64,000 nucleotides of DNA, taken from positions 178,816 through 242,815 of the forward strand of contig VMEP01000001.1 in assembly GCA_007375595.1 (NCBI GenBank), read 5' to 3'. This DNA is from Parcubacteria group bacterium LiPW_30. GTDB taxonomy: Bacteria; Patescibacteriota; Minisyncoccia; Phycocordibacterales; VMEP01. Position numbers and translations under genes: made by a program. The notes below the pieces were generated by a model that saw only the letters and a program-made list of their open reading frames with translations, made no database searches and had not been told where the DNA came from. Numbering within the stretch: the stretch's first letter is position 1; the number at the start of each line of letters is the position of its first letter. Shown one piece after another: positions 28,152 to 36,969 of the stretch.

Positions 28152-29093
28152 TTACGGCTTTGTACTGTTAAGTATAACACCACTTTTAAAATATATCTCT
28201 AGTGTTTTGGCTGTTTCTATTATTTTATTACTAAAGGAAAGGTACTGATTGATTCCTTGCATGGAAAGAAGAGGATCTTCAAAAATTTTTCCAGCTATTT
28301 TTAGAGAGTCGGCGGTTCCTTTGTAACTGTTTATTAAATCAAGGTGAATTGTGGCAATTTTATCTGGCACCGGGATCTTTAATGTCTCTTTGGTGATGTT
28401 GGTGTAGGCGTCTATATAAGGAATAAGCTTTTTAGGTAGTGTTTTGTCCCCTGTTTCAAGAGCGGTTGAAATGAGCGGAAGCTCTTGGCCAAGATTATAT
28501 TTTGAGTATTTTTGAATCACCGCCCCGAGAGTTTTCCCATACGCCAAAATTTCTGCGTCGCTAGCATTTTTTAAGACTGAAATATCGTTCATTGTATATG
28601 AGGGAGATATTTTTTCTTGTTTTACGTTTGAATATATGGTTTCTGTGGCATTTTTTATGGATTGAGCACTTAATTGTCCAGTATTTTTAAGAGCAGAAAC
28701 AGCAACGAAAAACTGTTGTCCAAATTGATCAGTTGTATTTATGTTTTCTTTAGTTGGTACCTTGCTGTCATTTTGCTTACGAACTTCAATTGAATCCGTT
28801 ATTCCATTATCGTTTGAGTCTTGTTTTTCAGGATCCGTCCCGTAAAGCGCCTCTTCCCAGTCTTTTAAACCGTCCTTATCGCTGTCTTTGTTTATTAAAT
28901 CAGCAACAGAAGAAGAATCAGCTCCCCCGTTGATTACTAAAACACTTTGTTCCTCCTCTGTCGTGTTTATAATCGGCGATTTATTGTCTTCGTATCTTGA
29001 AAAAAGCGATAAGACAATAATGCTTATACCTAAAATAGACGCCCCGACTAATTTTTTGTTCTGAAAAAAGCTACGCACTAATTGAGAATTCAT
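28152..29093 (-). CDS. Membrane-anchored protein with Ca-binding (TSP3-like) DxDxDG repeat
   Basis: DSDKDGLKDWEEALYGTDPEKQDSNDNGITD. Confidence 0.75.
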   Translation of the reverse strand: MNSQLVRSFFQNKKLVGASILGISIIVLSLFSRYEDNKSPIINTTEEEQSVLVINGGADSSSVADLINKDSDKDGLKDWEEALYGTDPEKQDSNDNGITDSIEVRKQNDSKVPTKENINTTDQFGQQFFVAVSALKNTGQLSAQSIKNATETIYSNVKQEKISPSYTMNDISVLKNASDAEILAYGKTLGAVIQKYSKYNLGQELPLISTALETGDKTLPKKLIPYIDAYTNITKETLKIPVPDKIATIHLDLINSYKGTADSLKIAGKIFEDPLLSMQGINQYLSFSNKIIETAKTLEIYFKSGVILNSTKP

Positions 29094-29231
29094 ATATTAC
29101 TTAATTATAGCAAGGAAATTATAGTTTTTTTATAAATTTATAGATTTGTGTGGATATGTTTTGCTTTTTCAAAGTTTTTTTGTTCTGAAAGAAAAAAAGA
29201 CAATAATCTTTTCGGTTGCTATAATGATTTT

Positions 29232-29570
29232 ATGAAAAAAATAGTACTCCTTTTGTTTGTCACAGGAATAATGTTTTCACTCGCTTCTCCTTTGTCGGTT
29301 AATGCCGCTTCTGTTTTTGGTGGAAAAATTAAAGCGATTATTCCATGTACTTGTTCGCCTGGAATGGGGATAATCGTTGGGCCCCCAAAACCAGCAATCC
29401 TTCTATTTGTCCCCGGCTTGTCCCGGTTATTTAGTAATGGGCGACTATTTTCAGGGTCATGGACCCTAGGAGACTACTCTTCTGGTGGTGTTTGTATGCA
29501 GATTGCTGGGAAAACCTGTGCTCCATATCCACCAATACAAGGAACAATCATTAAGATTGGAACATCCTAA
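29232..29570 (+). CDS. Small secreted Cys-containing protein
   Basis: MKKIVLLL signal peptide; FGGKI..PCTCS..GTIIKIGTS. Confidence 0.7.
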   Translation: MKKIVLLLFVTGIMFSLASPLSVNAASVFGGKIKAIIPCTCSPGMGIIVGPPKPAILLFVPGLSRLFSNGRLFSGSWTLGDYSSGGVCMQIAGKTCAPYPPIQGTIIKIGTS

Positions 29571-29583
29571 TTCTTGGTAGTTT

Positions 29584-30366
29584 TTACAAATCCTTTGCAA
29601 GAAGTAAGAAGGTCTCAGGAGAGAGATCTTCCGCTCTTGTGTTTGTGTCTAACCTTAGTTTTGTGAATGCTTTTGAAATATTTTCCTTTTTTGCCACACT
29701 GGTTAAGTTACTAGAAATTTTTTTACGCTTACTGCTAAATCCTGCTTTTAGTATTTCAAAAAATTTTCGCTCCCCGCTTTTATCTTTAAACGGGGATTTT
29801 ATATTTTCAATTGCGAGCACTGCTGAATCAACATTCGGTCTTGGAAAAAAACTTCCCGCCGAAACACGGCGCACAATTTTTGGAGTACCGTACGTTTTTA
29901 CTGAGAGAGATAAAACACTTTCTTTTTTGTCGCGCGCAATTACTCTTTCAGCAACTTCCTTTTGAACCATGAAGATGATTGTTTTTGGGCGTGGCCCTGT
30001 TTCGAGAAAAAGTCTGAATAATAGTCCTGTTAAGTTGTATGGAATGTTCGCGATTAGTTTATAATCACCCTCTTTTATTTTATGTGTAGCGAAATCAAAA
30101 TTTAAAATATCCCCAGAAATTAAAATTAATTTTCCATTTTTTATTTCATCCGCAAATTTTTCTGAAAGAAATAAAAAGAGTTCGTGGTCTTTTTCAACAG
30201 CAATAACATTTTTCGCATATTTAATTAAAAATTCGGTGAGTATTCCTTTACCAGGACCAACCTCAAGAACAACGTCTTTTTTTGAAATATCTCCCGATAG
30301 GGCAATATTCTCTGCGATTTTTTTATCGGTCAGGAAATTCTGACCAAGTGATTTTTTTGGTTTCAC
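29584..30366 (-). CDS. rsmA: 16S rRNA m6(2)A1518/1519 dimethyltransferase
   Basis: KKSLGQNFL, EVGPGKG, ANIPY, FFPRPNVDSA. Confidence 0.96.
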   Translation of the reverse strand: MKPKKSLGQNFLTDKKIAENIALSGDISKKDVVLEVGPGKGILTEFLIKYAKNVIAVEKDHELFLFLSEKFADEIKNGKLILISGDILNFDFATHKIKEGDYKLIANIPYNLTGLLFRLFLETGPRPKTIIFMVQKEVAERVIARDKKESVLSLSVKTYGTPKIVRRVSAGSFFPRPNVDSAVLAIENIKSPFKDKSGERKFFEILKAGFSSKRKKISSNLTSVAKKENISKAFTKLRLDTNTRAEDLSPETFLLLAKDL

Positions 30367-30367
30367 G

Positions 30368-32314
30368 TTAATCTAAGTATATTACTTTTCCGACTGATTC
30401 ACTCCTCTCTGTTTGTTCAAGGAGTGTTGGGTCGATATCGTAGATAAACTCAGAAGGAGTTTCGACTTGGCGAGAGCCAAAAATGGTACGAACGGTCGCA
30501 AATGTTAGAAAAACTTTTTTGCGGGCGCGAGTAATGGCCACATAAAATAAACGACGCTCCTCCTCAGAATCTTCCTCGGTTGTTGTTGGAAGATTAACTC
30601 TTGCGTGTGGGAATAATCCTTGTTCGAGGCCGACAATAAAAACATAATCAAACTCTAAGCCTTTTGAAGCATGGGCGGTCATTAAACGAACACCGTCTTT
30701 GTTTTTTTTCTGATCCATAGAATCTTGGTCGCTCGCAAGGGCAGCATCTGATAGTAATTTCTCCACTCCTTCGTCGGGCTCAAAAATATCGTATTTTGTA
30801 GCAAGAGAAGCAAGTTCCATCATGTTTTCAAGGCGCTCCAAATCTTCTTCGCCACCTTCTTCTTTGAAGAATTTTTCTAAACCAGTTTCTTTAATTACAA
30901 AGCGCACCAACTCAGAAGTTTTCATTGTCTCTGATGAATTTTTTATCTTTTCGAGAAGCGCCCAAAAAATTGAGATGCGCTCCCTCATTTTTGGTGGCAG
31001 TGAATCTTCTTTGCCAGAAAAGATTTTTGCGATAGTTGCATCCCCTACTCCACGCGGTGGAACATTAATAACACGTTTAATATCGGAAAGTCCGGCCGGG
31101 TTTCTTCCGGCACGAATATATGCGAGTACATCTTTAACTTCTTTTCTCTCAAAAAATTTCACACCCAAAACTCGATGTGGAACATTAAGAGAAAGAAACC
31201 CTTCCTCAAGAGCACGAGATTGATAATTTGCGCGGTATAAAACGGCGATTTCGTTTGATGGTACCCCTCTCTCAATTAGCTCGGCTGATTTTGAGGCAAT
31301 GAAACGAGCTTCGTCGGCTTCATCATATGCTTCGAAGACGGAAATTTTCTCACCCTCAACATTTTTTGTAAAAAGATTTTTTTCTTTACGGATTTTATTT
31401 TTCTTAATGATATCATTTGCCGCCTGGAGAATGTTTTGAGTTGAACGATAATTTTCTTCAAGGAGAACAACCTTTGCTCCGGGATAATCATGTTCAAAAT
31501 TTAAAATGTTTCGTAAGTTTGCTCCGCGCCAACCATAAATATTTTGATCACTATCACCGACAACACAAACATTCTTTTCTTTTTTTGCCAAGAGGTGTGA
31601 TAGTTCGTATTGGGCGGTGTTTGTATCTTGATACTCGTCAATATGAATATATTTCCAAGTGTCGTGATATTTTTTTAGAACATCTTGGTTTTCTCTTAAA
31701 AGAATTGTGGTTCTGGTAACAAGGTCATCAAAGTCAAAAGCATTTTCTTCTTTTAAAAGGGTTTCATATTTTCTCCAAACAGAAGAAAGTATTTTTGGAA
31801 AATAACCTTCCGCCGTTTCGGCGTATTCGTCTGCCGAAACAACATTTCCTTTGTGCCTTGAAATGGCCCAACGTAGTCGCGCCGGATCAAATTGTTTTGG
31901 ATCCAAATCTAGACTTTTGATGGCATTCCTAACAAGAGAGACGGTTTCCTGTTCATCTAATATAGAAAAGCGGGCGGTGCGACCGACGTGTGAGGCATTT
32001 TCCCGCAATATCTTTACTCCTAAGGAATGGAAGGTTGCAACAAGTGGGCCATCTTTTAGTCCGAAATCAGCAACCGAGCGTCTAGTAGAAAGAAGGGCGG
32101 AAACACGCTGCCCCATCTCCGCCGCCGCCTTGTTTGTGAAAGTAATAGCCAAAATTGAACTCGGGGTTACCCCGCTCTCTACTAAGTGAAGGATTCTGTG
32201 GGTTATGGTTTTTGTTTTCCCAGCCCCGGCCCCCGCGATAATCAAGAGAGGACCAGTCGTTTGAGCGACAGCTTCTTGTTGCTGTGGATTTAAGTCGTTT
32301 TTTGAAGAAGACAT
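30368..32314 (-). CDS. pcrA: UvrD/PcrA DNA helicase
   Basis: LNPQQ, AGAGAGKT, DEYQDTN, VGDSDQNIYGWRGA, NYRST, HASKGLEF, EERRLFYVAITRA. Confidence 0.93.
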   Translation of the reverse strand: MSSSKNDLNPQQQEAVAQTTGPLLIIAGAGAGKTKTITHRILHLVESGVTPSSILAITFTNKAAAEMGQRVSALLSTRRSVADFGLKDGPLVATFHSLGVKILRENASHVGRTARFSILDEQETVSLVRNAIKSLDLDPKQFDPARLRWAISRHKGNVVSADEYAETAEGYFPKILSSVWRKYETLLKEENAFDFDDLVTRTTILLRENQDVLKKYHDTWKYIHIDEYQDTNTAQYELSHLLAKKEKNVCVVGDSDQNIYGWRGANLRNILNFEHDYPGAKVVLLEENYRSTQNILQAANDIIKKNKIRKEKNLFTKNVEGEKISVFEAYDEADEARFIASKSAELIERGVPSNEIAVLYRANYQSRALEEGFLSLNVPHRVLGVKFFERKEVKDVLAYIRAGRNPAGLSDIKRVINVPPRGVGDATIAKIFSGKEDSLPPKMRERISIFWALLEKIKNSSETMKTSELVRFVIKETGLEKFFKEEGGEEDLERLENMMELASLATKYDIFEPDEGVEKLLSDAALASDQDSMDQKKNKDGVRLMTAHASKGLEFDYVFIVGLEQGLFPHARVNLPTTTEEDSEEERRLFYVAITRARKKVFLTFATVRTIFGSRQVETPSEFIYDIDPTLLEQTERSESVGKVIYLD

Positions 32315-32722
32315 GGATGGAACTATAACATCAAGCCATCCATTAAAGAAAAAATTGTTAAATTTCTTAAAAAATACCACTACGTGATTTTCAAAAAGGC
32401 TTTTTAGGTTGTCCCAAAGATATCCCCACCTTCATTGACTTCCTTCTCCATGAGGGATACCATTTTAAGTGAAGGGGGAATATCCCCTTCGAAATAGAAA
32501 AATGGCTCTGCTAGGCCATTTTTAGCCCTTTTAGGGCCTTAAGATAGTAAAATTGCTTGTTTTTCAACGGTTTTACCCACTCGGGTCATACAGGGAAAGG
32601 GCAATTTTTAAAATAGGCTTATCGAACATAAAGAAAAAGACCCTGGTTGTGCTAATCAGGCGAAAAACCCCTTATTTTTAGGGCTTCTCTCAAAGAGGCT
32701 TGTACTCCTATTTATAGGTGTT

Positions 32723-33715
32723 TTGTTAGTATATTCGTCACCTTCCACGGCTTCTGCGGGAGTTTTTTCTAAAATAGGAGATTTTTTCTCAAAGAACGAC
32801 TCAATACAAGAAGGAGGTAATTCCCAGAACTTGGCAATCTTAGAAGCATCATCAGGACCGTCCTGGCAAAAACTCCCTTCTGGCGGTGGGGATATTACTA
32901 TTGTTGGAGGCGTGGCCCTTCTTCCAGACGCTGGTCCTTCTGGAACACAAGTTGAGGTTAACGAAAAACCATCATCAGCTTCCGGTCAGGTTAGTACCTA
33001 TATTGTTAGACAAGGCGATACCATTTCAAGTATTGCCAAAATGTTTGATGTTAGTGCTGGCACAATTTTAAGTGCCAATGATTTAAAAAGAGGAGACACT
33101 TTGTCTGTTGGACAGAAACTCATAATCCTACCTATTTCTGGTGTTCAATACACAGTGAAAAAAGGAGACACGATTTCCTCTGTTGCTAAGAAGTATAAAG
33201 TTGATGTTGGTGAAATTGTTGGTTTCAACGGCTTCTCTTCAAGTGAAGAAGACCTCACTATTGGCGAGGTAATAATTATTCCTTTTGCCGAGGTTGAAGA
33301 AAAGAGTACGACACAAACCAAAAAAACTACCAGCAAGGCCCATGGTACGAGCGGCCCAGACTATAGCGGTTATTACATGAGACCAGTCCAATACGAACTC
33401 GGAAGAAAATCTCAAGGATTACATGGATACAATGGCGTTGATATTGCGGGAGCAGTAGGAACTCCGATTGTTGCCGCAGCTTCAGGTGAAGTTATTGTTT
33501 CAAAACAAGGTGGATGGAATGGAGGATATGGTTCATATATTGTTATTTCTCACGACAACGGAACACAGACTCTTTACGGTCACTTAAGCGGTGTTGTAGC
33601 AAAAGAAGGTTGGCATGTAAGTAAGGGGCAACTTATTGGCTACATGGGCTCAACTGGACGCTCAACTGGCTCACACTTACACTTTGAGGTTCGTGGGGCT
33701 AAAAACCCATTCTAA
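32723..33715 (+). CDS. LysM-LysM-M23 peptidoglycan endopeptidase (true start probably upstream)
   Basis: Two LysM domains (YIVRQGDTISSIA, YTVKKGDTISSVA); M23 motifs HGYNGVD, YGHL, HLHFEV. Confidence 0.93.
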   Translation: MLVYSSPSTASAGVFSKIGDFFSKNDSIQEGGNSQNLAILEASSGPSWQKLPSGGGDITIVGGVALLPDAGPSGTQVEVNEKPSSASGQVSTYIVRQGDTISSIAKMFDVSAGTILSANDLKRGDTLSVGQKLIILPISGVQYTVKKGDTISSVAKKYKVDVGEIVGFNGFSSSEEDLTIGEVIIIPFAEVEEKSTTQTKKTTSKAHGTSGPDYSGYYMRPVQYELGRKSQGLHGYNGVDIAGAVGTPIVAAASGEVIVSKQGGWNGGYGSYIVISHDNGTQTLYGHLSGVVAKEGWHVSKGQLIGYMGSTGRSTGSHLHFEVRGAKNPF

Positions 33716-33825
33716 GGGTTTCGCCCGAACGCGAAGTGTTTTAGAACTAAAAACCCATTTTAAAGGAAGGATGACGGGTAAGGAAGATTGCCCAAAAATA
33801 TAATTTGCGATCTAGATAATCGACC

Positions 33826-33863
33826 AAACAAAAAATCCGCAATTTCAGGCGGATTTTTTGTTT
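33826..33863. terminator. Bidirectional terminator
   Basis: AAACAAAAAATCCGC/GCGGATTTTTTGTTT. Confidence 0.7.
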
Positions 33864-33864
33864 A

Positions 33865-35430
33865 CTAAGTGCGAGATAAAAATGATTCCCTTGGGCGATA
33901 GTGGATAGCTTCTAGGATATGTTTATCTAAAATTTCGTCACTTTCATCTAGGTCGGCGATTGTTCGGGCAAGTTTAATTGTTTTGTGATAAGCGCGCGCT
34001 GAAAAATTAAAATGTTCTGCGCTTTGGCGTAAAATTTTTTCTGCATTATCCGTGATACGAGACATTTCTATTATGTCTTTTGCTTTCATGTCGGTGTTTA
34101 GCTTTCCTTTTTTATTGAAAATCAAAAAACGTTCTTTTTGTCGAGCACGAGCACGAGTAACACGGGCGCGGATATTTTCACTTTTCTCCCCATCACTTTC
34201 ACCGGAAAGTTTTTGGTAATCAATCGTTCCAACTTCAATCCACATGTCTACACGGTCAACAATCGGTCCTGATAACTTTCTTTCGTAGCGAGCGATGGCA
34301 GAAGCAGTGCAGGTGCATTGTTGTTTTTTATTACCACGATTGCCACAAGGACAAGGGTTTAGTGCGGCGACCAAAATAAAAGATGCTGGAAAAAGAGCAA
34401 AGCCACGAGAGCGAGAAATATTTACCACACGGTCTTCAAGTGGCTGTCGGAGCGATTCCAAAACACGAGTTTCAAATTCCGGGAATTCATCTAGAAACAA
34501 AACTCCACGATGTGCGAGGGTTGCTTCTCCTGGTTTAGGAATAGCCCCTCCTCCAATAACGGAAACGTAAGAAGCGGTGTGGTGTGGAGAGCGAAACGGC
34601 GGTGTGGTGATAATTGTTTCCTTTAATATCCCGGCTGCAGAATGGATGCCAGTGACTTCGAGCATTTCTTCTTCGCTTAAATTTGGGAGAAGCCCGCGGA
34701 ATCCTTTAGCGAGCATTGTCTTTCCGGTTCCGGGTGGTCCGTAAAGAGCAATATTGTGCCCACCAGAAGCGGCTATTTCTAAACCACGTTTTCCTGTTTC
34801 TTGTCCACGAATTTCTGAAAGATCTAAATCTACCTCAGAAAATGATTGAGAAATTTCTGTTGGTTCAGAAATTTTTATAACATTTTGCTCTTCTTGGGGA
34901 TTTTTTTCTTTGTTATAAGAAAGGTGACTTATTAACTGTTTTAATGTTTTAACTGGGAAAATTTTTATTCCTCTAATGAGAGCTGCTTCATTTGCATTTT
35001 CTTCTGGAACATAAAGTTCTTCAAAACCTTTTTGTTTTGCTTCTTCTGCAATAAGTAAAGTTCCCCGCACTGGCATGACTCTACCATCAAGAGAAAGTTC
35101 TCCGACAAATAATTTTTTATTTGTATCAAAAGAAATATCTTCTGAGGCAAGGGCGTAAGCAAGTGCAATTGGGACATCAAAAACAGGACCTTCTTTTTTC
35201 ATATCAGCAGGAGCAAGGGAAACGACTACTTTCTCGTTTTTACTTTTCGGTGGTTTGAGTCCTGAATTTTTAATCGCGGCGCTAACTCGGTCGCGAGATT
35301 CCTCGACTGCTTTATCCGGGAGTCCGACAATTGAAAACGAAAAGAGGCCACGAGAAATGTCGGCCTCTACGTTAACCACGTGTGCTTTTAGGAATTGTAT
35401 TTGAGCTCCATAAACACGCGCGAAATTCAT
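33865..35430 (-). CDS. comM: ComM/YifB Mg-chelatase-like AAA+ ATPase
   Basis: IVGLPDKAVEESRDRV, GPPGTGKT, PFRSPHH, GEATLAHRGVLFLDE, NPCPCG. Confidence 0.93.
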   Translation of the reverse strand: MNFARVYGAQIQFLKAHVVNVEADISRGLFSFSIVGLPDKAVEESRDRVSAAIKNSGLKPPKSKNEKVVVSLAPADMKKEGPVFDVPIALAYALASEDISFDTNKKLFVGELSLDGRVMPVRGTLLIAEEAKQKGFEELYVPEENANEAALIRGIKIFPVKTLKQLISHLSYNKEKNPQEEQNVIKISEPTEISQSFSEVDLDLSEIRGQETGKRGLEIAASGGHNIALYGPPGTGKTMLAKGFRGLLPNLSEEEMLEVTGIHSAAGILKETIITTPPFRSPHHTASYVSVIGGGAIPKPGEATLAHRGVLFLDEFPEFETRVLESLRQPLEDRVVNISRSRGFALFPASFILVAALNPCPCGNRGNKKQQCTCTASAIARYERKLSGPIVDRVDMWIEVGTIDYQKLSGESDGEKSENIRARVTRARARQKERFLIFNKKGKLNTDMKAKDIIEMSRITDNAEKILRQSAEHFNFSARAYHKTIKLARTIADLDESDEILDKHILEAIHYRPRESFLSRT

Positions 35431-35445
35431 AATTTTGGTGACGGA

Positions 35446-35802
35446 CTATAAGTGCTCCATGCAGGTTGTTGCTGCTGCATTTGCATCAAGTCTTTTTTCT
35501 TCTATTTCTTTTCCACAAACAGAACAAATACCGTATCCATTATTTTTTGTTCGAAGAATGGCGGCGTCGACTTCATTCAATCTTTTTTCTAGTTCTGATT
35601 GAGTGGCGGTGACCTCTTCAAAGTCTTCCATTAAATCAGCCATTTCGTTTTTATCAGAAACGCTTGCATCCATTACAGAAGGAACTGGTTCCCAGTCTTT
35701 TGGATTACTTGGGTTCTTTCTTCCGAGTGACTGCATCTCTTCTTCGAGAAGCTTTTTTTCTTCGGTTAATTTCTGTATGTATTTTTCGTAATTTTTTTCC
35801 AT
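35446..35802 (-). CDS. TraR/DksA C4-type zinc finger protein
   Basis: GYGICSVCGKEIEEKRL..ATTCMEH; coiled coil. Confidence 0.85.
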   Translation of the reverse strand: MEKNYEKYIQKLTEEKKLLEEEMQSLGRKNPSNPKDWEPVPSVMDASVSDKNEMADLMEDFEEVTATQSELEKRLNEVDAAILRTKNNGYGICSVCGKEIEEKRLDANAAATTCMEHL

Positions 35803-35810
35803 ATTTTTAT

Positions 35811-35892
35811 TACGACGAGCGAGGATCGCATGAGTGAGTATTTTCACTCATGACGTTCGAGTCGACGTCGTATCAAAAGGTTAATACCTTTT
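35811..35892 (+). repeat. Structured intergenic element, family B copy 1
   Basis: TACGACG-AGCGAGG..hairpin..TTCGAGTCGA-CGTCGTA, then CAAAAGGTTAATACCTTTT. Confidence 0.6.
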
Positions 35893-35926
35893 ATTTTATC
35901 ACAATCCTCCATTTTTTGAACACCAA

Positions 35927-36904
35927 CTATATTTGTGATTTTGGAACAGAGAGTCTAGTGATTAGCTCGCTTAAGGTCGCCTCGTTTGTTGTGACGATTA
36001 TTGTTTTCTTGTCTTTGAAGTAATAAAGAAGGAGGGGCTGATTCGCGTTATCGGTTAGCATTCGGACATCTTTGTTTTTTACAACAGCATCAACAAAGTC
36101 TTTTTCATAAAGATTGGATTTACCATTTGGGGCAATGCCAAAAAGTGGAAGAATTTCTTCTGCCATATCATTTTCCCAAGAATACATTCCTGCCACTGCA
36201 TTTTCATAGAAGTTTGTTTTAAGTATTAAGAATGGTTGGTTCCCATTAAAGGAATGAATCCCAAATAAGAAAGAAGTATCAAGGGAGCGAAGAAGAGTTG
36301 AGGGAATTCTTGATTCAAGTAAAGAAAATAGTCGTTCAGTATTTAGGATTTCAGGTTGAGATAAATAATCTTTTGTTTCTGTAAAATATATATTGACTAG
36401 TGTGTCTAGGCGAGGAGTTAAGTTTTTAACAACAGTTGTACTTTTTTTCCAGATGTTCTCGCGGTTATTTCCTGTTATATCAATAGCAACATCTTGTTCT
36501 GTTAAGATAAAAGTTTTTATACGTGGAACAGTATTTGGGTCTTCTCCCGTGGTATTCAGTGTTTTAACAAAAAAGAAGGTGGCAAGTAAAACACCGGCGA
36601 TTAGTAGAATAACGCTTAAAGAAATCAAGACGATGTTTTTTGAAGAACGGGGAGAGAGTTCTCTAAACTGGACATCACGCTTCCCTTGCTCTGCAATAAC
36701 CATCCTTACAAGAGAAGTTTTATTTTCTTGAACAGATCTTGCTGCGTCAGTTTGATAAGTTCTAATAGACGATATTTTTGGTGGAACACTGACCTTAGGT
36801 TCTTCTTTAGCCGGGGAATCATTCAGGGAAGTTTGCTGAACAGGCTCCACACCCAAGCCTATTTCTTCTTTTGGCCCTTGATTTTGTGGGGTAGTCTCAT
36901 CCAT
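35927..36904 (-). CDS. Single-TM hypothetical protein
   Basis: IRTYQTDA motif, one TM helix, NKDVR in the C-domain. Confidence 0.75.
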   Translation of the reverse strand: MDETTPQNQGPKEEIGLGVEPVQQTSLNDSPAKEEPKVSVPPKISSIRTYQTDAARSVQENKTSLVRMVIAEQGKRDVQFRELSPRSSKNIVLISLSVILLIAGVLLATFFFVKTLNTTGEDPNTVPRIKTFILTEQDVAIDITGNNRENIWKKSTTVVKNLTPRLDTLVNIYFTETKDYLSQPEILNTERLFSLLESRIPSTLLRSLDTSFLFGIHSFNGNQPFLILKTNFYENAVAGMYSWENDMAEEILPLFGIAPNGKSNLYEKDFVDAVVKNKDVRMLTDNANQPLLLYYFKDKKTIIVTTNEATLSELITRLSVPKSQI

Positions 36905-36969
36905 TAACATATTATACACGCGCGCAAGAGTTGTATGCTCTTCTTTTGTGGAGAATATTAAGTTTTCGC

